Positions 10,113 to 20,798 of a stretch of 64,000 nt of DNA are shown here, piece by piece. Where the stretch lies: assembly GCF_000281045.1 (NCBI RefSeq), contig NW_008246100.1:244408-308407 (forward strand). The letters run 5' to 3'. A model generated the notes under the pieces. It saw only the letters and a program-made list of their open reading frames with translations. It searched no databases and had not been told where the DNA came from. Every line of letters starts with the position of its first letter. The first letter of the stretch is position 1. Position numbers and translations under genes: made by a program. The DNA comes from Saprolegnia diclina VS20. Taxonomy: Eukaryota.

Positions 10113-11539
10113 TTAAACCAAAAATTCGGGAAACCGGTTGGGGTAAAAGTTGAGTCCTTCGACGGTATCATCTCGGCACAGCTTGCCACGCTGCTCGGCC
10201 ACCTAACACAGCACGTAAGGCACTCCACACTTTCTATCTCTCGACGCACCTTGAGGTACTCGTGGGCGAGCGACAAGGATACGTGCATCTCTGTCGCCAC
10301 GTCGTTGGACGTGATGCAGCTGTCTTTGGCCGTCCGCGCCAAGTTCTCGAGACGCACGGCCACCTGCTCTTCATTGTGCGAATCTACAACACACCAGCCT
10401 CGTCCGAGTGCGTCGGCCACGAAGACGACGTACCAGACTGGAGAACGATGAGACCGCCATCAAACTTGCGCACGTGCAAGCCCAAGTGCAATGGTTTTTG
10501 CAGCATCGCAGCATGGTACAGATCGTCGGGCGAGATGAGCTCCGTGCCCCGGGCGCGGTTGAAGAGGCAGTAGATGTCCGACAGCGTGAGAATGCCGCCG
10601 TGGCGCGCCATAGGTTCCTTGAGAAACTCGGCGAGCTGGCGCGCGAGCTGCTGGTGGTACGCGTCGCCCGCGTTCTCGCGTGTTACCGGGCTTGCAATGC
10701 CCATGTTGAGCAGGAGCGCTTGCATCTGCGTCGTCTCATCTGCGGTGGTTGCCTCGGCGGCCGCGCTGCTGTTGGCCGTCGCCACGTACCGCTCAATGAG
10801 CCCCACCTGCCACGTAACATTAGCACGTGCTAAGATATGCAGAGTCGACCATGTCCTTGGCCTTGTCCATGAGCGCGTTGAGGTCCGAGAACGACTGCGT
10901 CGTGAGCTCCGACGTCTGCTTTTGCTCCTCTTGGCGGCGCTGCATGATGCCACCAATGCCGGCTTGCATCGGGTCAAACTGCCGCGTCTGGAGACGGCGG
11001 TCAGCCAGCGCGCTCACCGACTTGGTGTCGGCCCACGCACGCCGGCACAGCGACGTCTCGAGCGGCACAAAGAACTCGTCGCGGCCGCCCGCTTTGAACG
11101 ACAGCTTGAGCAGCTTGGACGCATTTTCGTGGGTGTAGTCGATCTTGATCTTGGACGAGCGTGTGATAAAGCCAGCCTCCTAACGCGCCCAACAATATGG
11201 TCGTGGGGTGGCAAAGAACCGTATCGGCGGTGTACCTTGCCGAGCCGATCGACGGCGGCCAGTGGCATGAAGAGGTTGGTGCCCGTGTCGTCCGAGAGCC
11301 ATAGGAGGCGGTGCGTCGTAATCACGCACCGGCCATGGACGTACTGGGTCTTGACATGCTGGTCGTAGAGCGAGACATGGGACTGGCTGTAGACCTCAAC
11401 CTCGGACGGCCAAAGCACTGGCCGGCCCGTCTCGGTAAGCGGTAGCGCTACACAGACGAGGTTACGCGGCCGGCGAGAGGGTGCAAGACGTACGCGAGAA
11501 GACGGCGAGGGCCACGGCCGGCGGCGCTTCGTCACTCAT
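10113..11539 (-). CDS. VPS36: ESCRT-II subunit VPS36 (GLUE domain plus winged helices), multi-exon
   Basis: LTETGRPVL...GRCVITTHRLLW (GLUE), AGIGGIMQRRQ, MGIASPVTR, YCLFNRARGTELISPDDL, C-terminal CRDDTVEGLNFYPNRF. Several short GT-AG introns. Confidence 0.92.
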
Positions 11540-11637
11540 GAGGAGGCTTTTTGTTGCTGGCAATGTCCGGAAGGACCGCCGGATACATGAATTCCCATTT
11601 TTCTACCAATGAACGTGCGCGCATTGGCAACGGCACT

Positions 11638-11653
11638 CTGGATTGGCTGAAAT
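11638..11653. promoter_or_regulatory. Extended CCAAT box CTGGATTGGCTGAAAT (identical copy at 14950-14965)
   Basis: 16-bp identity about 100 bp upstream of VPS36 and in the GRX/VPS50 divergent promoter; ATTGG core. Confidence 0.6.
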
Positions 11654-11948
11654 GCTGACTCAGTGGCAGTACGACGACAATATTTCTCGAAAAGCCGAGT
11701 GAGCGGCGCTGCTCGGTACATCGACCAAAACTGCAGGTCCTTATATATACCCTAGCCGCATTGTACTATGAATGTGCCTACTGCTCTCGCCTTGTCCGTC
11801 AACGGAGCGCATTACGTAGCCGTTACAAACTAGTCTTCGCAAGTTAGGGCTTGGGGTTTTCGAGACTGAAACGTTGGACGATAAGACAGAATTCGTAGTT
11901 GTTAGTTTTATAAAGGCAGAGACGAAGACGCGATGCTCAGCTAGGAGC

Positions 11949-12518
11949 TTACTTGGGCACGTCGCGGAGTTCGAAAAGCTGGGCCGGGTCCGACGCGTTG
12001 CACGGCTTCATGTGCACCTTGGCATCCGCGCCCGACTGGCTGAGGCAAAAGCCCGTGTGCGTCACGTGCTCGATCGTCGTGAGGTTGGCCATCGGGTCGG
12101 CCGACCAGAGCTGGTTGCTCGCCGACGCTTCGGACGCTTTCGAGTCCCACTTGGCGCAGCCGTACGCGTGCACGTAGAGCTCGCCGTTGTCGCCCTTGAA
12201 CGCATCGAGACAGCTCAGTTGGTTGTCGCGGTTGTTGAGGAAGAGCTGCCAGCTCGGGTTGTAGATCCACTGCGCGCCGTTGACGGCCGACGTGTTGTAC
12301 GGCACGGCGTCGAGGCCGTCGCCATGGTTGCGGAGCATGACGTCGTCGTGGACGATGTTGACGCGCGCCGCGACGCCGCCTTCGACGCCACCGACCATGC
12401 CGTCCTCGAGGTTGCCGCCGTCAAACTGATCAAAGACGTCCGGCGCGCCCTTGGTGCGCGTGTGGTCGGCAGCGACGAGCGCGGAGGCGGCGATCAAAAG
12501 GAGGGCAGACAGCTGCAT
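11949..12518 (-). CDS. Small secreted ricin-B (CBM13)-type lectin (189 aa)
   Basis: Signal peptide MQLSALLLIAASALVAA; QxW-like repeats (AQWIY, NQLWS, AQLFEL) with paired Cys (SCLDA...YGC, FCLS...KPC). Confidence 0.75.
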   Translation of the reverse strand: MQLSALLLIAASALVAADHTRTKGAPDVFDQFDGGNLEDGMVGGVEGGVAARVNIVHDDVMLRNHGDGLDAVPYNTSAVNGAQWIYNPSWQLFLNNRDNQLSCLDAFKGDNGELYVHAYGCAKWDSKASEASASNQLWSADPMANLTTIEHVTHTGFCLSQSGADAKVHMKPCNASDPAQLFELRDVPK

Positions 12519-12535
12519 AGTGACGAGGAAGAGAC

Positions 12536-12551
12536 AAAAGGTAAAGTGAGC
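12536..12551 (-). promoter_or_regulatory. Oomycete Inr-FPR core promoter GCTCACTTTACCTTTT
   Basis: Fits the GCTCAYTYBNNNWTTY-type element, 18-33 nt upstream of the lectin ATG. Confidence 0.7.
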
Positions 12552-13190
12552 AAGATGGGATCGCGTCCAACCCACCATGTGGCACAGGCTTCCTCGTAGA
12601 CATGCCGCAGCATCTTGGTCGGCGGTGGCGTGCGCGGAGGACCGTACGTCCGGACGGCAATGCTGCGTGAATAATCTCAGGGCCCCATTACATCACGTCG
12701 TCCTACTGTGTACAGCGACGTCGTCGGGGTTTGAGATGGCGGCTGTCGCCGCCACGCCGCCACGGTCTACTGGCGCAGCCTCGAGAAACGCAGCGGCGCC
12801 ACTTCGAGGACGGCGATGTGCCAAGTACCGTAGGTAGCGCCACCAAAGCACCAAAGGCCTTGGCGATCGTCCCGCAACCATCTGTTTATATCGAACACGA
12901 GGCTCTGCATCCCCACGTTCGATGGTCAGCGCCCGGCTCTCTTGTAGCACAACGTCGCGCAGAGGCTTGCTGGTTACAGCGGCCAAATCTCTGTCGCGGC
13001 AACGGGCTCGTCGCGTCGACGTTGAGAGAGGCGGAGGTGGTGTGTGAGACTCGGCAGCTGCCCACTGAATTTCCGTCCAGCAACGCGGCTTCCTGCGGCT
13101 TGCGAGGCCGCAGCTGCGCTTGCTTGGTCCATCAAGGAGCCTCTTGCATGGTCCGTAGTTGGGTGTCTCGGCAGAATCGACATGTTAAAA

Positions 13191-14781
13191 TTAGGGCTTC
13201 AACGCATCGAGCTCGCCGTCTTCGTGGAGCTGCTGGATGATGTCGAGGCCGCCGATGAGCTCGCCCTTGATGTACACTTGCGGGTACGTCGGCCAGTTGG
13301 AGAACTTCTTGAGGCCTTGGCGGACCTTGTCGTCGCTGAGAATGTCGAAGTGATCGTACGAGAAGCCGTGTTCGTTGAGCGTCGCGATGAGCTGGCGCGA
13401 AAAGCCGCACTTGGGGGTACTTGGCGAGCCTACACATCTTGGTCAGCTCTCAGATGCTAGAAGCAGTCGATGTAATACCCTTGATGAAGATCATGACGGG
13501 CGCGCGCGAGATGAGCGCCGCGTAGTCGGGCGTCGACAAGCGCGGCTCCTTCTTGGCCACGCCGAGCTGGTCGGCCAAGTCGCCCTCCTCCTATTCGATG
13601 TCGCGATACACAATCAGAAAGCCGTGGTGTTAGAGCGTCGTACCGCCATCTCGGTGAGGATGTCGAGGCCGCCGATGAGCGACCCGCGCACGTACAGCTG
13701 CGGGTACGTCGGCCAATTCGACATCTTCTTGAGGCCGTGGCGCACCGAGTCGTCCGTGAGAATGTCAAAGGTCGAGAACGGAATGCTGTTGGCACGCAAA
13801 AGCTCGATCGTCTTGCGCGAGAAGCCGCACTTGGGCTCGGCCGGCGTGCCCTTCATGAAGAGCAGCACGGGCGCCGACTGCAAAAGCTCTGACAAGCTCG
13901 CAAACAGCGCCTTCTCGGCTTCCTCTACACACCAACTGCGGTCAAAGACGCGTCGGGGGTAACCAAGTACCTTCGCTCACGGGCTTGACGCCGAGCTGGT
14001 CGGCGAGATTGCCCTCTTCCTTCATTTCGAGAAGGATGTCGAGGCCGCCGACGAGCGACCCGTTGACGTACACCTGCGGGAACGTCGGCCAGTCGGAGAA
14101 GAGCTTGAGGCCTTGGCGCACCTAGTCGCCAGTCGCATCTCGCTCATGCAGGGTGACGTCGTACGGTCTCGTCGAGGAGGATGTCGAACGTGCCGCACTC
14201 AATGTTCTCGCTCTTGAGGAGCTCGATGAGCTTGCGCGAGAAGCCGCACTTGGGCTCGCTCGGGTTGCCCTTCATGAACACCATGACCGGCGACGCCCTA
14301 CGTACGCCAAAGGTTGAGCGGGCCATATCGATCACAAGTCGCCATACGAGATTAGCTTTTCCAAGCGGCCGCGGAGCGCATCGTCGACGACGACGGGCTT
14401 GTCCATGGCCAACGGCGTCGCCTCGGCCTGGCGCTTGCTCGCGCGGTCGATGGCCTGCGCGAGCTCCGCGACCTTCATGCCCTCGATGCGCTCCAGCACC
14501 TTGTTGCCGAACGAAAGGATGAACGTCGGCACGACTGCGAGGCCAAACTGCGTGCTGAGCGCCGGCACGGCCTCGGCGTCGATCTTGACAAAGGCGAGGC
14601 GCGGGTGGAGCGCAGCGAGCTGCGTGAAGAGGACGCTGGCCGTACTGAGCCAGTCGCCCGTTGCCGACTGGTTGGACGGGATGCTCACGTTCTTGGCGTA
14701 GAAGAACATGACGTACGTCTTGGCGACGCCCGTGAGGGTCTTCCACTGCTCTTCCGACGTGACCTCGACCACTTGCTGCAT
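13191..14781 (-). CDS. GLRX3: Multidomain monothiol glutaredoxin (Trx-like plus three CGFS Grx domains; GLRX3/PICOT/GRXS17 type), multi-exon
   Basis: Three copies of KG..xxPKCGFSR...FDIL...WPT(Y/F)PQ.Y..G.L.GGLDI after an N-terminal thioredoxin-fold region. Confidence 0.92.
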
Positions 14782-15169
14782 CTTCGCTTCTGGCCAACCT
14801 TGCGTTGATGTTTGCTAGATGGCATACGCCACAAGTAACAGCATCAAAATGGTTGTTTGCGGCATAATCCTCTTGTATTCGGCATATTCAAGGTGGCATA
14901 TGTGGCATACCAAGTCCGCCGAATTCTGAAAACAGCGCAAGACGAGGTCCTGGATTGGCTGAAATAAAGCAAATCACAAGCCGGCATGTCGATGTCGTGA
15001 AAGCAATTGGCTATAATTCGTTTCAAGGGAATACCTTTGTAAATCGATGCATCCCAAATAACCTGCCAAATCGAATGATCACAATCCGGGATATTTTCGA
15101 AGGAATTTGGGGATTTTCGAACTGCGAGCGACCGCGGCAGCCGAGTCCATTGACCACCGAGCGCACAGC

Positions 15170-18100
15170 ATGAGGTGCGCCTGTCCGCCATCCCCATCGC
15201 TGCTATATGCGCTCGTCTCTAGCTCTCTCCATGACGGTAGATCCGCGACCACGAGCCATTGCCCAGAGCGATCCGGCGACACATCGCCTGCAAGCCATCG
15301 GCAGCGGCGCAACAGCGTGTCGACATCTGCCACTGGCCCGCCACCTGCCGTACTGTCATGCTAGTGTATGCTGGTAGCTCACTCGGGCTAGGCGTCATTG
15401 CTGGACGTACCACCCGCCGAGGACAAGGTGCTCTGCGATTTGGATCCGCGATACTTTACGCCGCATTTCGACCCGATCGCCCACGTCCTTGTACGTCTCG
15501 ACGCCTCGACCACGCCCGCGGCTGCAAGTGGCTGTTGTAGGAGTCGTTGCCGCTGCAGGCGGACGAAGTGAGCGATTTTTTGCAGTCGCAGATTGGCGTG
15601 CTCGATCTCGCCAAGGACGTGGTGACGGCCAAGCTCGCCGAAGACGTCCAGCGCAACCACACGACGTTCATCCAAGGCATGAACCAAGTGCAAGACGTCG
15701 ACTTGGACTTGACACTGGCGCTGATCCAAGTCAAGAACGGCCGACGGCTCCTCGCGAGCGCCAAGCAGGACCTCGTCATCAACCATCTCGAGCTGGTCAA
15801 GCTGCGTCGCAACCGCGACCGTCTCCAGACCGTAGGCGTCCCACTTGTACACGTTCTAGTACGTTTGTTGTCTAGATTGTCGACTTTAGCTCGCAGATTC
15901 TGGGCTTTGTCCGCCTCGAGCACGACATGTTGTCGCAGTTACAAGAAAAAGACTATGCGAGCGCGGTAAAAGCACACAAATAGTGTCGATACACTATAAA
16001 CCGGCACGACTAGGTGGCTACGTGCATCGACATTCGCCGGCAGCTCGACCAATCGCGTGATCTGGATCGGTTCTTCATCCTGCGGCCCGTCCGTCAGCGC
16101 ATGGTCCACGCCCTCCTCGAGCTGCGCCAGCACTTTGAGACGGTACGACGCGTCACCGAATATAGCTTCAGCCTTTGATGACGCGCAGGCCCTCGTGGGA
16201 CTCCTCGAGTCGTTTGATTCGGCAGCATACGGCAACCTCTTGCGCGCCATCTTAGCGCTGGACGCCGAGCGGTCGGCAACGTCGAGCGTGCCGCAAGTGA
16301 TTGTGCGGGGCATCGAAGACCTCTCGCGACAGCACATCCAGAGTCTCTTTACCGACGCGACCGTGCGAACAGCCAAAAGGGACAAGCCCACGCAGTCGGT
16401 GGCCATCGTACCGCACTTCCTTCGCTGTCGTGGTGGTCATGGGCCCTGGCTAGATGCTCGAAGACCTGCTCGCGTGCTACGAGAAGCTCGTGGGCCTCTT
16501 GCACGGCTACTACCTCATCACGCAGTGGCACCGCGATCCATTCAGCGACAAAAACACCGAGTTGGCATACTTGCATCGCTGCGGCTTGGATGACGCGCCG
16601 ACCGAAGCGACCAATCAATCGCCGTCGACGACCGACCCTCTGCACGAAATGGCCGCACAGCACGCCGAGGCGTATGCGCAATATCGAAGGATCGTCTGGG
16701 AGCAAATGCAGCAGAGCGTCGGGGACCTCCTCGACCGCTTCCCACTCACCAACGGTGCCGTCCCTGCCGTCCTGAGAAGGATCCTGACGTACCGTGCGTA
16801 GACTTCAAGATGGAGCACCTCGTATCGCTCTCCCATGCGACCCTTCGGCTGATTACGATTGGGCACGAGTTTAGCGGCGACGACGCGTCATCCAAGTACG
16901 CACACGCGCGTCATCGACCATTGGTTGACATATCGTCGAGTAGGCTTGCGACAGCGTTGAGCAACAAGTGCCGGAGCTTTCTCAAGCTCCAGCAAAAGGA
17001 CAGCATCGAGCTCCTCCGCATGCTTTTCGACACGGAAAAGTGGGAACGACTCTCCGTCTCGGTCGAAAACCACACCGGCGGCATCCCCGCTCTCTTGGAG
17101 CAGCGCTCGGGGTACTCGCTCCCTGATCTCCAGGTGGTGCAGCGCCTTCCGGAGCGGCGTGCCAGCGACAGCGTATTTGCGCACTACCGCGCCAAGGGCA
17201 ACCCATTTGCGCTCTGTTATCGCGCGACCTTCCTCGTCGTGCCCGCGATGCAGCGCTACGCGTTCGAGACGAAGCGCCATGACTTTGCATCGGACCCGGT
17301 CGCCGACGAAGAAGACAAGATGATCAAGAGACTGATCGCGATGGATCCGTACTTGCGCGGCGAGTCGGACTCGAGTATGAGCTCGCCGTTGACCGAGGAG
17401 CTCATTCGGTTTGGCTCCAAGCACGTCATGTCGTCATCGAGCCTCTCGGGCTTTTTGCGGTGCCCACTGTTTCTTGATACATTCTTGATACTAAGCGCGC
17501 CGCTGTAGATTTTGCGGTGTGTACATGAAGCTCATGGAGCAGCTACCGCATGTGGCGTGGGACATCTTTCTTGGGCTTGCGTCGCTCTTTGACTTTGTGT
17601 TTTATGCGACGCTGACGACCGCATGCCCCGACAACTACCTCGCGCGCCTCTTGACGCGCCAAACGCCGAGCGACCTCCAGTGCGAAGAGCTTCGCCAGCA
17701 GTTGAGTCGCATCCAGTCCGAGTTTGGCCTTGGCTTGACGGCGCAGTCGGTGCCCGTGCGCGTGACGCAGCTCCCGTCAGCGATCGCCACCTCGAGCGAC
17801 GCCAACCGGTTTGCGTTCGTCGAGCGCGTTGTCGCGATCGAAGCGCTCGTGTTCCAGTGGCACGTGTTTTCGTCGCTCCACGCGTCGTCGCTGGCGCCAT
17901 TTGTCCCCGCCGCGCGCCGCGAGATGATGGCGACGATGATGACGACGATGGGCGACGCAGTGAAAGAAGGCCGATCGTACGTCTACGCGGTCATGGCGCC
18001 GGCGCTCATTGCCGCGGCGTCGATCCCGAGCATGGTCGAAAAGGCCACGTGGGACACGCTTGATCTCTCAGACCAGCACAACGAGTATGTGGTCGCGCTC

Positions 18101-18638
18101 GTCCGTCGCTGTGGCATTTTCTGGGGTATTTTTCGGTATTTTCGTACTTTTTGGATAGCGCGAGTGAATTGCTAGGCACTCTACAAGGCTCGGCGGTCCC
18201 GATTTCCGTCCGCGACGAGATCTGGTCGTATGTGGTGCGGGCCATCATGGAAGCGCTAGTCGAGGGGTATGCCAGTGTGAAAAAGTGCTCGTTGGAAGGA
18301 CGCGCTCTCATGTCGATGGACCTCATTGCGCTCCAGAACGGCCTCGATCTGATCAACCACGTGAGGTCCGAAGACGTGCCTCTTCTACAATCGGCTCAGA
18401 TTCTGGTAGCAACCAAAACCAGACGCTATGGGGTCGGTCGTACGTCAACAACTACATCAAGGCCTACTATTTCCAGGAAGCCGAATTGCTGGCGTTCATT
18501 GCGGCCAACAAGAAGAGCTATCGCAAGGCGCACCTCGTGAGCTTGGCCATCAACGGCGTCTGCGGCCTCCGACGCGGGAGCCAAAAAGACCTCTTGCAGA
18601 AGATCGAGCACATTTACCGGTCTGGGACCCTTCTCTAA
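15170..18638 (+). CDS. VPS50: Syndetin/VPS50 (EARP complex), multi-exon; start approximate
   Basis: N-terminal RYFTPHFDPIAHVL and FIQGMNQVQDV...KNGRRLL; C-terminal EALVEGYASVKKCSLEGRALMSMDL and YVNNYIKAYY. Confidence 0.85.
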
Positions 18639-18906
18639 TCTCAAGTTATCCCGATGCATGTGTGGCTGCCAGCGCCAAGATCGAAAACCGCCGCGTTTGA
18701 TTGGCTGCCTGGCGAGGCGTCGGGTGGTTGCGATTGGCTGCTTGCGCCTGCAAATATCGATTGTGAGAGGTTGTCTTCTCTCTATGTGTTTGTATGGTAT
18801 ACGCTACCCAAGGTACTTGGCGCATAAGATGTCGGGGGCGCCATGCTGGCCTTTGGTTTCACTGGTGCTGGCAGGAATATTTTTGATCCGCCCATCTTCG
18901 CTCAAC

Positions 18907-20604
18907 ATGGCTTGCATCGGTATCGACCTCGGCACGACGCATGCGTGCGTCGGCGTCCACTTCAACGGCAAGGTCTCCATCATCGCCAACGACCAAGGCT
19001 TCCGCACAACGCCCTGCGTCGTCGCCTTTGAGACCGAGGACGTCGTTGTCGGCGACTCGGCCGTCGCCAAGCTCCACAACAACGCGGCCAACACCGTGTA
19101 CCACCTCAAGCGCGTGCTTGGCAAGAAGCACTCGGACGTCAAGTCGCTCGACTACATCAAGGGCTGGAGCTTCGATGTCAAGGCCGATGCCAAGGGCCAC
19201 GCCGTCGCCGCCGTCACGCACAAGGAGGCGAAGCGCGATGTCTCGGCGACCGAGTTTGCGTCGCTTGTCCTTGGCAAGTTGAAGGCGCTCGCTGAAGACT
19301 ACACGGGTGTCCAGGTCAAGAACTGCGTCTTGACGGTGCCCCAGGAGTTCTCGGAGGAGCAGAAGACGTTGATGAACGAAGCCGCCAAGGCTGCTGGCAT
19401 TGACGTCATGCGCTACATCAGCGAGCCGATCGCCGCCGCTATCGCGTATGGCTTTGATGAGACCAAGTCGATCGACACGAAGCTCATTGTTGTCGTCGAT
19501 ATTGGCGGCGCCTCTTCGGACATGTCGCTCTTGAGCGCCGACAAGGGCCTCTTCAACGTCGTCGGCCACGTCGGTGACGACGCGTTGGGCGGTGAGGACT
19601 TTACGTATGCGCTCGTTGAGCACTGCGTCAAGACGTTCGAGCGCCAGAAGAAGGTCGACTTGAAGGACAACACGCGCGCCTTGTACCGCATCAAGCTTGC
19701 TTGCGAACAGGCCAAGAAGTCGCTCTCGACGCAGAGCCAGGTCACGATCGAGGTCGACTCGCTCGCCGACGGCCAGGATCTCATTGTCAAGCTTTCGCGC
19801 TCGCGCTTTGAGGAGATGATTGGCGACCACGTCCGCAAGATGGTCACGGACATTGAGACGCTCCTCGAGAACGCCAACCTCGACAAGGAGTCGATCGACC
19901 ACGTCATCCTTGCCGGTGGCTCGACCCGCATCCCCAAGGTCCAGGCCGCCATCGAGGCGTTCTTTGACGGCAAGAAGGCGTCGTCGACGATCGTGCCCGA
20001 CGAGGTCATCGCCTATGGTGCGACTGTCGAGGCCGCGACGCTTTCGGAGACGGCCGAGTGGGACAACCTCCCGTCGGACCCGCTCAACATGGTCGAGGCC
20101 GTCCCGCTCACGCTCTCGCTCGGCCTCGCCGACGGCTCGGTCTACGAGATGATCCAGCGCAACACGGTCCTCCCGGCCACGACGCAGGAGGTCTTTACGA
20201 CGCACGTCGACAACCAGAAGGCGGTGTACCTCCAGATCTACGAAGGCCAGCGCTTCATGGCGCGCGACAACACGCTCCTCGCCAACCTCACGATCTCAGG
20301 CATCCCGCCCATGGAGAAGGGGTCGCCGGAAATTGAAGTCTCGTTCAACGTCACGCGCAAGTCGGTGCTGACGGTCAAGGCCCACCTCCGCAACGCCGAG
20401 GGCGCCAAGTCCAAGGCCCTTACGGTCGAAAGCGACTCGAAGCGCGTCGTCAACGTCGACGCGATCGTCGCGGCCGCCGAAGCCGCCGCCGACGAGGACG
20501 ACGCGTTGATGGTCGAGTTGGAAGAAGCTGCCGAGGCGGCCGAGCTCGCGGCCACGATCGCTGCGGCCCCCAAGATCGTGGGCGCCGGCGAAGATATGGA
20601 CTAG
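18907..20604 (+). CDS. Atypical short Hsp70 (HSPA14/Ssz1-like, 565 aa, intronless)
   Basis: GIDLGTT, IIANDQGFRTTP, ISEPIAAAIAYG, LAGGSTRIPKVQ. Degenerate DIGGASSD and TVPQEF motifs; helical lid truncated. Confidence 0.85.
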   Translation: MACIGIDLGTTHACVGVHFNGKVSIIANDQGFRTTPCVVAFETEDVVVGDSAVAKLHNNAANTVYHLKRVLGKKHSDVKSLDYIKGWSFDVKADAKGHAVAAVTHKEAKRDVSATEFASLVLGKLKALAEDYTGVQVKNCVLTVPQEFSEEQKTLMNEAAKAAGIDVMRYISEPIAAAIAYGFDETKSIDTKLIVVVDIGGASSDMSLLSADKGLFNVVGHVGDDALGGEDFTYALVEHCVKTFERQKKVDLKDNTRALYRIKLACEQAKKSLSTQSQVTIEVDSLADGQDLIVKLSRSRFEEMIGDHVRKMVTDIETLLENANLDKESIDHVILAGGSTRIPKVQAAIEAFFDGKKASSTIVPDEVIAYGATVEAATLSETAEWDNLPSDPLNMVEAVPLTLSLGLADGSVYEMIQRNTVLPATTQEVFTTHVDNQKAVYLQIYEGQRFMARDNTLLANLTISGIPPMEKGSPEIEVSFNVTRKSVLTVKAHLRNAEGAKSKALTVESDSKRVVNVDAIVAAAEAAADEDDALMVELEEAAEAAELAATIAAAPKIVGAGEDMD

Positions 20605-20798
20605 AGTGCTAAATATTATTCCGTCACGGCCGATCCCAGTAATAGCAGCCCGTGATGCAATCCTCGCCATGTTTTGACCCACCTATTGTACAACCTACGT
20701 AGCAGCGTGCCACGTCACGTACGTGGCACCACGAGGTTCATTTGGGGTTTAGCCCTCAGTTTTGGCGCAGCATCGAGTGGCACTGGGTCCTCGATCAC

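Noticed and set aside
18859..20205. Long antisense ORFs opposite Hsp70, ALG9 (31628-33319) and DDX55 (35197-36885)
   Set aside because: Expected shadow ORFs from high GC3 codon bias; no independent motifs.
20707..20729. Inverted repeat GTGCCACGT/ACGTGGCAC between convergent Hsp70 and TTI1 ends
   Set aside because: Only 9-bp arms; eukaryotic context, so not an intrinsic terminator; no further support.
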